Of a stretch of DNA of 64,000 nt, positions 1 to 12,575 are shown in pieces. Below the pieces are notes generated by a model. It did no database searches. It worked only from the letters and a program-made list of their open reading frames with translations, and was not told the origin of the DNA. A program made the translations under genes and the position numbers. The stretch's first letter is position 1. Every line of letters begins with the position of its first letter. This DNA is from Camelus ferus (lineage: Eukaryota), in contig NC_045697.1 of assembly GCF_009834535.1 (NCBI RefSeq), positions 108,440,001 through 108,504,000 of the forward strand, given 5' to 3'.

Positions 1-69
1 AGGGGTGATTCCTTTCAGCAAATGGCCCAGCCAAAAAGGAAAGGGAATTGAGCCACTGAGATCCATCCT

Positions 70-170
70 TTTATTCAATAAATAATTTTTTGAATATTTG
101 ACATGTTCCAGGCATTGTTCTCAGTCCTAGGAATACAACAATGAACCAGAGAGGCAAGTTCCCTGAGCTC
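70..170 (-). mobile_element. L2 3' end fragment
   Basis: ttattcaataaataattttttgaat...ccaggcattgttct...ctaggaatacaacaatgaac. Confidence 0.55.
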
Positions 171-728
171 TCGCTCTCTATTTTCCATCCCCATTTTGCC
201 AGCTTTTCCTCCTCTCTCCCTACCTGACCTTCTTCTGTTCTCCGAGTTGGATGACGCAGGCTGGGGGTCCTCTTTCCACTGAGTTTTCTCTCGAGATCAA
301 TTTGCAACAGCTGGGAACAGTTCAGTACTTTGCCATTACTTCAGCTTGACTCCCCATCCTCTAGGCTTACTGGCCAGTCCTGGAGGTCAGAGGCTATGAC
401 CTGTTCATCTGTGAACCTCTGACCTAGCCACAGTGTTCAGTACCTACACAGTGCTCAGTAAGCAATGAACTTCAGAAGACTTCAGCTTTTCAAAAGAAGA
501 GACCCACCATCTCTGAAGAAGTTCTCCAGAAACGGGCATCACCTTCTCTCCCTGATCTCTCCTCTGAGGACCAGAAAAGATAATAATCGTCTCCTGAGGA
601 GACGTGGCAGAGGGTCCAAGGCCGGTCAGGTCAGGTCCACCCTGAGGCTTGGTTACTGTGCGTTAAACTGGGAGGGGCTCTTTCTTTCTGGGTCTCGCTG
701 GCATTTGTCAACTCTGAGGGTGGAGATG

Positions 729-797
729 GAGATATAGATAGAAACAGACAGGTAGATATATATAGACAGACTGGTAGACAGATAGATGGATGATAGA
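729..797. repeat. Degenerate GATA/GACA tetranucleotide repeat
   Basis: gatatagatagaaacagacaggtagatatatatagacagactggtagacagatagatggatgataga. Confidence 0.7.
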
Positions 798-2799
798 GGA
801 AGCGGAAACTGGCAGGGAACACCGTGTGTCACAGGCAGGAAAGAGATGAAAGGAGAAAAGTAAGACTGATTATAGCCCAAAGCACCAAAGCGCGGAGTGA
901 TCCACACAGAGGTGAGGCTCATCAGGACACGCAGGAATTAGCGCTTTCCAGAGACAGTGGCGGGGCTTTAAAGGTTTTTTAAAAAGCAAGGGCTCCTCAC
1001 TTCTACTGCTTGTAGCCAGAGGGGAAAAAAGAAAAGAGGACTGTCTATGAACGCCTTCAGCAGAGGGAAATGAAGACACATACTGATATACACACGTATT
1101 GGAGTCATATGTCCTAAAAAGTAATGCGATGACTTCAGGGCACCCATTTCTGATGAAATCCAAATCCGGTCGTGTCTCAGGGTATGTTTCTCACAGCAAA
1201 GTTGCCTCAGTTCCTGAGGGAGAAAGAGAGAAGATTTGCAGTCCTTCGGAAGGCTGGGTCCTGGGGTTCTGCAAGGAAGGTTTGGAGAATGATGACTTTG
1301 CAAACAGGGGGCTCTGCCCTTATTTATTCACTGCCTGCACCCCACACGGCGTTTTCTCACAGTGCGGGGGTGCTACCAGTGGGGGGTGAAGCTACAACAC
1401 GACCTCCAAAAGGTAAACTAATGAGAAAATGAGGGCAGACCCAACAGGACATATGCTTGGCCCAGTGTCTTTGAGCTTCCTGGCAAGTCATGACTCATGA
1501 GAAATCAAGCCAAGTAACTGAGAAAGAACTCAAGTCTGAATGTGGTCCTTAATCCAACCCAACCGTCAGTGCCAGGAGGGATAAAATCAAGTAGAAAATC
1601 TTTCCACCTGCCAGAAAAAAAAAGAGAAAAATCACACATTGCAAGAAATGTCCAGTTAGGTGTGCCCTCTAGTAAAACAGCTTGGTGTGGGCTGTCAGCT
1701 ACGCTACTTCTGCTTCCCCAACCCCCTCTTATGAAGCCCACCTTCGAATATTCTGTGTTGCTTGTGGTGGGATTAAGAGTCAGGGGCATGTGGAATGGAT
1801 TCCATTCCAAACACCCACCTGGTCCTCTTTATTGCTAGCAAACACTCTGACCAACCACTGGATCCATGGAAATCTCAAGCCAAAGTGAAAACCTCGCTTT
1901 GGAGGCTGAGTTTCCCCTAGATCTCCCCCATCTTTTCTCCCTGAGATTAATAGGAGCTGTGTCCTGATATCAAGAGAAGAATAAGCCATGAAACGAGCCC
2001 AGAGAGACAGGCACAAAATGCTTATTAAATGTGATCCATCATCACTGTGTACAGAAGACATCAGAACCATTTCCATCACCCTTCCATGAACACACCGTTT
2101 CAACAGCCTTATTGTGGGGAATCACCACAAGTGTCAGTCCTGCTAGTTCACCTCCAAAATTAACAAGGCTTTCTGGAGGCGGCCTCGCCTCACCTGTCAA
2201 AACCATAACTCTGCCGAGCGTGGAACCCGAAGGCATCGAGGAGGATGAGCCCTTCACAGGTGGGAAAGCGATGGTGTCAGACCCAGGCCCCTTCTCTCGG
2301 CAAATACTGGGACTTGCTGTCAGGTCTAAATATATCCTTTTAAGAAAATAGCTTAGTCCTTTCCTTAGCAGGTAGATACTGGCCTATCATTGCAATCTGG
2401 GGGTGGGGGTAGATCCTCTTTATGCAGCTGTTTTCTGGCTGCAGGTTGAGGCTGCTGGCGGTGTGACTGTGTGTGTGCACAAGTGTGAACGCAGAATCCG
2501 CTAAGTCCGGTAGCCCGTTCCCCAGCGGTATTGGAGGGAGCTCTCACACGGGCAGCATGGCTGGGCTCCCATGGAATATGTGGTCCTAAACTAGGAATCT
2601 TTGACATTGACTTTGTGGGTTTCAATAAATTTCTCACCTACTCATAGAGAATGGGGAAAAGAGATACCTGTCACTGGCCACAGGGTTAAACTAGGATGAC
2701 TTTTCTGGAGGGGATGATAAATTGTGCTCTGTCCTACAAGATTCCTGAATGTGATTAAAGATTTATTGATCGAATGCTAGCTGCATTCATGTACAGCAT

Positions 2800-2965
2800 C
2801 TCCTTTATTCCTCACACGTCAGCCCCAGGAGGTACGAATGACAAGTTCCATCTTTGTGGATGGGAGAGCTCAAGCTCAGAGAGGCTACATGCCTCGCTCA
2901 AAGTCACCCGGAGAGTAGATGGCAGAGCTGGGATTTAAACCCAGCATTCTAGGGCTCCTAGTCCC
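2800..2965 (-). mobile_element. MIR SINE
   Basis: gctcagagagg...ctcaaagtcacccggagagtagatggcagagctgggatttaaacccag. Confidence 0.65.
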
Positions 2966-5900
2966 GTTCTTACCACTGCTGGTCATTGATTTATGCACGG
3001 CCCCCACCACGCAGTGTTCTGAGAACTTCAGTTGGGGAAAAGAAAGCAAGTTGAGGTCAGGCATGGGGCTAGCAATGGCTGGAGGAAACCTGACTAGGGC
3101 AGCTGGCAAACCCCCTTTCCTTAGGGAGGAACCCACGGTCCCCTACGATGATGCAATTCAGGTACCCAACGTCCAAGGTAAACAGCCCAGAGCCCAGTGT
3201 GAGGACTTCCGGACAGAGTGGGACATGAACAATGGGATCCTGGGTCTGCAAGGTGGAGTCTATCCAAGCTGAACTCAAAGATAGATGTCAGAGCCAGCTC
3301 TGGGGAACGCAGTGCACAGGAGCAAGGAGAGAAGATGTGCTTCTAAGTCCATGGCTGGAGCTCACCCTGGTTCGGCTCCCGAGGGAAGATGGAGGGAGAC
3401 AAGGCTCCATGGAACTGAACCCTGGGGTCTTGTTTATTCCTTCCCAGGTGCACCCAAGCCCACCTGTGACTGTGCCTGGAGGAGGAGCTGTACAGTAACA
3501 CCAGATTCAGGCAACGCTCCTGACCGCTTCCCAGACGCACCCTGCCTGTTTCTCCTGGCATTTTCCTCCTCAGTTCCCCACCCCAGCAGCCTCCTTGGGG
3601 CCCTGTGCCTCAGAACCCACTAGACTCCCCTCTTCTGCCTCTTAGATCTTCGATCCCCGACCTGATTTCTTGCTCCCTGCAACTCCCAACTTCAGTCTCC
3701 TGTTGTAATCATCCATTCCAAGCTAAAGTCATTTAGAAGCAAAAATGGGAAAATGAAATCATTTTCCTGGCCTAGTGCACAAATATTACTAAAATTGCAG
3801 CCAGTGGGAATATTTGTGATCCCGTGCCCGGTGGGAAATTCACTGGAATTGTCTGATGGGACTTCATAATAATTACGAGAGTTCTTCCAGTGGGTTTAAA
3901 TGTTTGAGAGGATAGAGTTAGATTTTATAACTTATGATGTAGGTTTCAATTTCAGAGACAAAGTAAAGTGACATGGTGAGTGTATTTTTATAAGGAGGTA
4001 AATCGAATTTGATTTGATGAGGTTTGAGGTGAGGGAGCATGGTATGAAACATTGCTTGACAGTTTGGTTCAAGAATGGAATAGTTAAATGCTTGATTGCC
4101 TAAGGCTTCACATTGTTCTTGTTGAGTCTTTGTGCTGAGAACCACAGCTAAGTCGGCTGAGCCAGACTATCAAAGGGAAACAGGATGTCCTGCTTCACAG
4201 TGACGTGGTCTTTATTTACAGACACTCCCGCAAGAAGCCTAGGAGAGCCGCAGCAGGCAGCAGGACCCTCCTGGAGACACCCCGGGAGCAAGGCACAGAG
4301 TCCCCCTCTTCCCGAGGGGTGCTGCTCCAGCTCGTTCTGTAAGGAGACAAGGATCAAGCCAACAATGAGCAGAGGCAGGACAATGGGGGACTGATACGGC
4401 CGGAGCAGCCTTTGGGGAGGAGTCTTTTCGGGGGAGGGACATGGGAGGGGACATAATTGCTTTACAGAACCTTGTGAGTTCCAGTGTCATCCTGTCCGGT
4501 CCCAGACTGTGAATGCCCACATCAGTGCCAAACTCCGGAGGTGCCTTCATGAATCTGCCTTGCCCTGTCTGCCCTGAGCGCCCACTGCTTTCTGGGATGA
4601 AAGACCAGAGAGAGGTTCTGTTGCCCTGGGACTTGCCGTTTGGATTCTCCTGCTGTCTTGGAGGACCTGCCCCTTGACAGGGCCCAGGAGACGGGGGTTG
4701 GGGGGGGTGGTTTCTGTGCTGTGCTGTGTATAAAAGACTACCTGACCATAAAGGGGAAAGGTATGGGAAGCTATACACAGGAAGCTCATCGTTTAGTTTT
4801 CTAGAACTTTCTTCTATGGTCATTTTCTTCCAGAATCATTTTATAATTATTCCCCAATAACTCTGTGAGGACTTTACCTGACATTACATTAAGTCTAAAC
4901 ATCATTCTGGGCAGAAGGGACAACTGCACAACACCTGCTTGTCCCTCCAAGAGCAACGTGACTGGCCACTCTCCCTCGAGTTTTCTTTGACCTTTTATAA
5001 AGTTTGTCATTTTCCTTCATACAGGGCACACACATTTCTCTAAAGAGAGCTGTTTCTAAGTAATGTTCTGTCTTGTTAATGTTTTTATTCTTTCAACAAT
5101 ATTGTGCAAGGCACTAGGAATTTAGCAGTAAGCAAGTCACCCTCTACTCTACCTTCAGGATTCGGTCTGGTGGAGAAGCTTGCAGCCTAGAAAGAAAGAG
5201 AGACGCTCAAGCAATAATTGGTAATTTCAACAGACAAGATAAGAACGGGGTTCTCAGAAAGCACACGACGGGGGGCGCCTGGCCAGTCTAAGGGATCTAA
5301 GGAACCCTTTCTGTGAGCTTAATGTCTACAGTTCCATCTGATTCACAGCCTGAAAAAGCCCCGCAGAGAGGAGAGGTAGTTCCGGCCACTTTGTTCTGTG
5401 TATTTTTCTGCTAGAACATTCCAAGTATACAGGAACATTATTGAATAGTATTGACTTGTGTATCCTCTGCTTTTACCTGACCTTTATACGAAATCATTTT
5501 ATTAATTCTAATATCTTTTTAGTTAATTTCTTTGGGTGGTCCTGGTAAATAATCTCACTGTTTGCAAATTTAATCTTTTCAAAGGCTATTTATAATTTTA
5601 ATTTTCCCACCTCTTGAAGCAAGAGGTGGCGAGTTGATTTTCTGGTAGACTGCATAGCATTTCCATCTATTTGTCCTAACATACAAATGGCAAGTGTTAC
5701 CTCCTACCTGGTATCCCATAATATGATGAACAAGCCCACGGTCACCCCATTTCTACCTTCTGTGGGAAACAGTGCATTCACAGACTAAGAGCGAAAATGC
5801 ATGGAGTGGAACAAACAGGTAACCACCCCCTCTTGTTGTTTCATCAGGAAAGTCCAAAAGAATATCCATCCTGGGGACCACAGAGAGGGCCATTTGATTG

Positions 5901-6829
5901 ACAGTGTGAGGCTCTTGTGACGTCACACAATAGCAGATCCCAGAAAAAGCCAGGTGCTTCTCAGTACCATAATGGCAGGGGCTAATGTTATGGAAGGGGC
6001 AGGAACAAAGCTCTTCTATTAGGAACAATGCTATTTCCTTCATGTAAGTTAAGATCGTGTCCTCTCCAAGACAAGGCAAACCTTACCTAGGTGAGCTGTG
6101 CTTACCTCTTAGGGGAGCTGCTGGGGAAGCAGCCGCTGCAGACTGAGTTAGCATCAGCACACCCTCCATCCCTCTCACTGCTGCTGCTGGAATCCATTGT
6201 CTCCCCAGGGTGAGTCGGCAAGACATGGGAAGGGATGGGGGTGGAACTTCTTGCTCCTGTGAGGAAGCCTGGGGCCTCCCAGGGAAGAGGATGAAGATGA
6301 CAGACCAAGCGACTTGAAAAAGGAGACTTCATGGGCATGGGGCATCAGAGAGAGAGTTGGATGGGAAGGAGCATCCGTGGTGGATACCCTTCTCCCGTGA
6401 CTCAGGTCTGGAAGGGCCTTTCCTTATGTTGAGCAAAGGTGCTGATTGCACTGAGGAAGTTTCCTACCTCTGGTCCGCCATACTGGTTACTAATCTGAGA
6501 ACTTCCTGACAGATCAGGAGAGAACTTCTTTTATCTCCCTGGGGTTCCTGCCTGTCTGGTTCGGGGGATGAAGAGGTGGAGTGACTCCAAGAAGGCCTGG
6601 GCTTCCCCTGCCTCACTCTTCCTAAGGATCATAACGCTGACTCAACACGGGAGTCAAAGATGAGCAAAGTTCCATTGTTAGTGGAAGTCTGATTCCCTGG
6701 CCCTCTTGGGACTGAATGAGAAGCCAACCCATCCCTACCAACAAGCCTCTTCTGGAGAAGTTGGCCAACCCCACATCAGTTCTGTATCCTGCTAACACTC
6801 TGTCTATGACAGAAAGGCTTATATATTAT

Positions 6830-7600
6830 TCATTTCTTTGAATCCTCACAACAGGATTATTAAGGTAGGTATTTGTGATCCCAGTTTTACAGACGAAGAA
6901 ACAGAGTCAAAGAGGTTGTAGCAGATACCGTCAGTTGCTGACCCAACAGCTGCTCACCTCTCATCTCCCTTTCTGATAGAACCCTGGCTTTACTTAGGTA
7001 CCCGTTCTTCCCCGCATGGCCAGGCACTTCAGAGGTCCCATTGCCGGCCTGGCAGGGAGGAGGAGGAGACTCTGATTTATCTGAGCCAATCATGATGAGT
7101 CCTTTCCTTCCCTTTGCCAGCGGTTGGTTTAGAGGTGGCATGAGACACACTTCTGGCCAATAGGATGTGATGCTGTATCTCCAGGAGAGCTTCCAGGAAA
7201 TGTTTTCTTGCTGGTAAAAAAGATAAGCCCTCTGCTGCCATTGCACACTGTTGGGTATGAGTGGGATTCCTGGAAATGAGGCGGCCATCTGGCCATCACA
7301 GGGCTCTGCTAGGAGCCCAGGCCAGTCCCTGGAGGATGGCAGAGAAAAACGCTGGACAGAATCTGGGCTCTTCAGTTTCAGTGATGAGCTACTGAATCCA
7401 ACATCCCTGCAGTTACCTTAAATCAGAACTTCTTATTAGAGGATATTAAACATTATTCAGTCATTCTGGGTTGGAATTTTTCTTATTTGCAGCCAAAAGC
7501 AGGTTGACAGATAGAGAAGGTGAGTGACTTGCCTGAGGTCACACAGCTTGTAAGCCCTCAAGCTTAGATAAAACTCCAGGTCCGTAGGATTTACCAAAAC
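6830..7600 (-). mobile_element. MIR SINE split by the LTR (halves about 6830-6916 and 7516-7600)
   Basis: aatcctcacaac...gttttacagacgaagaaacagag continues after the LTR as gaaggtgagtgacttgcctgaggtcacacagc. Confidence 0.7.
6917..7515 (+). mobile_element. MaLR (MLT1-type) solo LTR inserted into a MIR
   Basis: Starts tgtagcagata. MLT1-like motifs ttctggccaataggatgt and ttttcttatttgcagccaaaagca...gata. MIR halves lie on both sides. Confidence 0.7.
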
Positions 7601-9199
7601 CATCCTCTTTCTACTTGGCTGGGGTGGACCACAAAGGAAAGAACAATTTTACAGGATCCACTAAGCTGTTTCTCTACACAGGAGTTCGCTGTTAGTCAGG
7701 CATCTGTTGACTAGTTGGACTAAAAAAAGACTCCGTGAAAATGATTTTTTTTTTAAATATGAAACAAATCTCCTTCTCTCTCCCCATTGTGCTTTTCTGC
7801 TGTGAAGCATCACAACTGCTTCTTCCTCTGCCCATCATGTCAAGATAACAGGATTTAATTACCAAATTTATACACCACCAGCATGGCATCAGTGCATTGG
7901 CCAGGGTGCAACTGAACGCAGCTATTAGGAAAAGAGATGCCACGTCCACACAGTGACAGCAGACGCAGAGACGACGGTTTTATTTACTTTATCACCTTGC
8001 AGGAAGCAGTTAAGCCATTGCAAAGTGATTATTGGGTTTTAATGATCCAGGACATTAAAAGATATTTCTCCCAGCGACATTGACATTGTACCTCAGGTAA
8101 AGGAGGCAATAAATTCAAGAAATAATGGCCTATTTTTGGTAACCCCTCCCCACTCATTCGTGATGGGCCCCAGGGTGGCTGTTCTCCTGTCAGCCTGGAC
8201 CACTGGCTGCTCCCAGATCCCTCCAGATGGGATACGGACGGCCCCTGAATGGGCGATTTTTGAACTTCTAACTTCTCCACCAGCAACCTCGCTGGCTGGT
8301 AGCTACGGTCCAGGTAAATAAGAGTGTGAATAGTGCCCCCTCTTCCCAGGGGCGATCTCCTGGATTTACAGAGGACAACTCGGTCGGCCATTCACTGGAG
8401 CCTCCTGATATGGTCAGAATCAGCCCAGCCTCCTAATACTTCACCGGCCCCCGATGTTTGGGGTAAGAACTGTACTCTAGAGCTGTTTCCTTGGAGCTGT
8501 GAAGAAAATAACAACTTTGGTCACCATTTTCCGAATGATGCGTCCCCCTCCGCCCCCAAACGTGTTGGTGCACAGCTGAGTTTTGCAGACATTTCGGGGC
8601 TTTTCTGCTGAGCTTGGTGAGAGTATCACATTTGGATGCTGTTATAATAAGGTCACAGTATCAGAGGTGATTTTATGACTTAAGTGAGGCCTTGGTTCTT
8701 TATCCTGGGGGAAAAAAACTCCTGGACAGCCTAGCCCAGAGTGCTCTCCGGAAACTGCATTTTTCTGGGAGGTCAGGGCCCCAACGTCTGGGCTGCTGGA
8801 AGGGGGCCTGGGGTGCAGCAGGTTTGAGTAGTTGTTATGATGCTGATGTGGGAGGAGGAGGAGAAATCTGGGTTGGAGCTTGTAAGAGGGAAGACGTTGG
8901 TGCCCTTGTCACAGAGGTGCTAAGACACCAGGGGGACAAAGGGTATTGAGGGTGTCCCTGAGGACAAGAGAGGCCAGCATGGCCATCCGATGGGTAAGGG
9001 CTCCCCAAGGTCAACTCAGGGCCTCAGAAATAAAGACCATTGCTTACTACACACCCTAGTAGTGCTTACAAACACAGATACGGAGACAGGCAGATTCTAG
9101 AAGGATTCATCTCCTAAGCCCTTCACATCTTCCAGAAGAAAAAGAAAAGAAAGCTCAGCTGTGAGAAAAATGCCTTTGGAGAAGTAGGCCAGCAGCAGG

Positions 9200-9400
9200 T
9201 CACAGCCAGGGGCTGGAGCCAGCCTGTCTAGGTTGTAGCCCGTCTCCCTGCATGAAAGCTGAGCCATTGGAGACAAATTCCTGTGCTTCTCTAAGCCTCA
9301 GTTCCCACAGCTGTGAAATGGGTGTAATATTAGCACTCACCTCTTAGAACAGCTATGAGGATCGAAAGAGCACGTATTTAAAACAGAGTGCCTGACACCC
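9200..9400 (+). mobile_element. MIR SINE
   Basis: cttctctaagcctcagttcccacagctgtgaaatgggtgtaatattagcactcacctc. Confidence 0.65.
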
Positions 9401-12354
9401 TTGACGATGGTCAGCCAGCCTTAGGCATTTCCCAGGGGGACTCTATGGACCCAGTCCAGTGCCGAAGGAGGAAACCCCAGAGAGTCGCATCAGGGGCTCA
9501 CAGAGACCACTCTGGTGGCCCTACCATGTTCTGGTTGGTCTGAGTGGCTTGGGAAGAGAAGGCGCAGGAGGGGAGCACATCCAGAAATCTTTCCAGGCTC
9601 TCAGAGAGCAGGGAGCTTCAGGCTGCACCACCCCAGAGATCAGACTTGAGTCCGCCTGCAGGGAGACACTGGCAGCAGCCCAGGGAAGTCCTTTCCCCTG
9701 ATGAGGGCCGAGCAAGGGCAGGTGCTGCCCGGAAAAGCTCTGAGCTCTCTTCTTTAAAGTGGTTTTCAAGTAAATAACCCTCAGGAGAACAGAAGGAGTG
9801 AACCTTTGCCTCAGGGAAGGTTGGAGCCGAAGTGGGAAGCAATGGTGCAGTGCCGGCATTGGATGCCCTGCACGGAGCCAGGCTGGAGCCAGGTGACCCA
9901 CACCTGGAGCACAACGTCTGCAGCTCAACTGCGTGCAGCACAGCCTGAGTGCCAGGCAGGCCCAGGGCCGAGGACTCCACACACAGTCACTGGCTCTGTT
10001 CCCACTACACCGACAGGCACTCTGGAGAGGACACAGGCGCAAGGGTGGTAAGTCACTTGCCCGAGTTGCAGTTACTAGAATACAGAGCCAGGATCCAAAT
10101 CCAGCATGGTCAGCTTCAGAGCCTGTGAGCTGACCACCACTCCGCACGGCTCCAACCGAGGAGGGGCTGGCCATTCCCCGTCTCCGTGCTACCTGTGGCC
10201 AGGGTTTCTGGTGACAGAGTGGACAGGAGCCAGCAGACCTGAGGAGCAGGCGGTGGCCGGGGTGGGCAGGTTGGCAGGTAGTTGAGGACCACATGTCCCT
10301 CCATCACAGCGAAAGAAGACCCTGCCGGGCCCAGGAGGGCTCTGGGAAGTTTCTCTAGCATCACTGGCTGGTTGTTGCTTTGTGTGCCTACTGCTTTCTG
10401 CAGGTGGTAGATACCTTATCCGCCACACCAGGTTGGGTGAACCTTCCCCCGCAGCCCTCCCCCAACTTGGCGGCTCCCTCCTCTCCCCCTACTTTACCAC
10501 ATGGAAGTCGGAGTCATTGACAGCAAGTGGGTGAGAAGAAACAGAGAAAGCAGAATCACGAAATGAAACCCTCAGGGCAGCAACAATTAATATTTAACTT
10601 GAAAATTGCCTGGGAACAGAAAGTGCAGGCTATTCATATGCAAATCATATGCAAATCATATGCAAACAGCCCCACACCTCCACACCCAGCCGCTGTAATT
10701 ATTCTGTAAACCTGTCTGGCCAGCTCTAAGGGCAGCTGGAGCCCCCTTCTGGTCCTGCCCCCACTGCAGGAGGGCTCCCACGCCAGGACCAGGTGGCAGG
10801 CTCAGGTGACACCAGCTTGCCCCAGGACTCCTCAGGTCAAAGCCCCTTCTGAGTCTGAGCTCGTGCTCCTCCCACCAGGGAGAGTTCCTGGCTGTGCATC
10901 GCAGCGCCCATCACCCCGCCCCAGCAGTGTCTTCAAATGCGAGGCCTCTGCTCCACCCTCCCTGTCCAGGCAAGACCCAGCACAGCTGCAGGGTCAGGGC
11001 GAGCCCGCTCTGATGCGGGGGTGGGGCTCTCCTGAGCATGTGCCAGGGCCCCACCTGAGCTTCCCGTTGTACCATTCAGATCACCCAGGGCCAGCCTCCA
11101 GTGGGGGTAACCAGGAGCCTAGGGTTCTCCTGCAGGGTTGGACGACCTGGGCCTTCCAGGCCTGAGACCACAGACTTGGGGTGAGGGGCAAGAAGTGGCC
11201 CTTGAAGCCTGCGCTCACCACTGCCCCCAGGGCCCACAGCCGAGAAGGGAGAGGAGGAGCATCTCAGACAAAGTCCCCAGGGGCAGTTCCCAGCCAGCCC
11301 GGTCCTGCAGTCGGCCCTTCAGTCCACCCACTAGCCTTCATCTCTGCCTGCATCCCTCACTCCCATGCTTCAAGGTCTAGGAAGACAGGGACCTGATATT
11401 ATAGATTCTGTGCCTGAGCCTCCAGCATGGCAGGGCCTGCCTCATATGCTGGAGAGAAGTGCCTTTGAAGAGTTCAGCCCACGTTCAGTACCTAATCAGT
11501 AATAACTGCCCTTGACAGTAAATGTTGAAATGTTGTGTCCTTCCTGGGTCCCCAGAGCCCGGAGCAGTGTGTTGGGAGGCAGAGGCCACTCTGGGCCATC
11601 CCCACCATCCCCGTGCCTAGAGACAGACAGGACAGGCTGATGGTGAGGGAGTGAGCAGGCCTGTGTGCCCTGCCAGACAGCCCAGACAAGTCCTGCTGCT
11701 GCCCCCAAAGACACCGATGGTCTAGCTGACAAGATACACCAGGACCGGCCTTGCCTGGTTTTGTGATACCGTGGCTGCAGGGTGAGGGCAATGAGGCAGC
11801 AGAGATATTTATGCATCGAAGAGTGGGTCTCTTTAAGAATGCCCCTGGAGGAGGGAGAGTGGAGTGGAGATTTACACGTTGGAGGGGGAGTTAAAGGAAG
11901 AGAGAAGAGAGAACAGCTCAGGGTTTGGAATGAGCTTGGGCTGAAACACCCATGTGGCCGGAGGCAGTGTGAGCTCAGGTCCGGAGGAGAATAAGCTGGG
12001 CTTGGAAGCTGTGTCCTGGGCAGCTCATCCCGTGACAATTATCCGATGTGATAATTCCTGATTCAGCAACAGCCGGGACAACCGGGTCACTCATTCCACC
12101 AAACAGTTACTGAGCATCTGTGTGTCCAGCTCGGTCCTGGCCCTAAAACAAAGCCTTTCTCCGGGGCAGCTTCCATACCCTTGGAAGAGAGTGGTCCCCA
12201 GATGAAGCCCTCACTGACCACCCACTTTGAGAGGAAAATTAAGACATTTACTGCACCAAACATACATAAGGAAGTAAAAAGTGAGGGAAAAGTGCATCCC
12301 ATTTTCAGAAATATTAAATTTTGGGGGGAAATGTGCATCTGAGATCTGAAGAAC

Positions 12355-12575
12355 TATAATATAATTTACAGTAATATATTATTACTATGTAATATAAATA
12401 TATAATATAATATATAATATATATAATATATGTGATATACCACATATAATAATATATAATAGTATACATAATGATATGTAGTATATAACAACAATATATA
12501 TTATATATTATATATAGTGTATAACATACAATAATATATAATATAAAGTAACAGAGATAGTAATATAATAATAAA
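12355..12575. repeat. AT-rich low-complexity (TA/ATAAT) tract
   Basis: About 220 nt of tatataatata-type units. Confidence 0.9.

Noticed and set aside
9521..10294. 257-aa minus-strand ORF and other long ORFs (4239-4823, 11496-12038, 18243-18800, 19165-19686)
   Set aside because: No recognisable domain, composition typical of GC-rich non-coding DNA, non-ATG starts or overlap with MIR/LTR relics, and no consistent exon chain.
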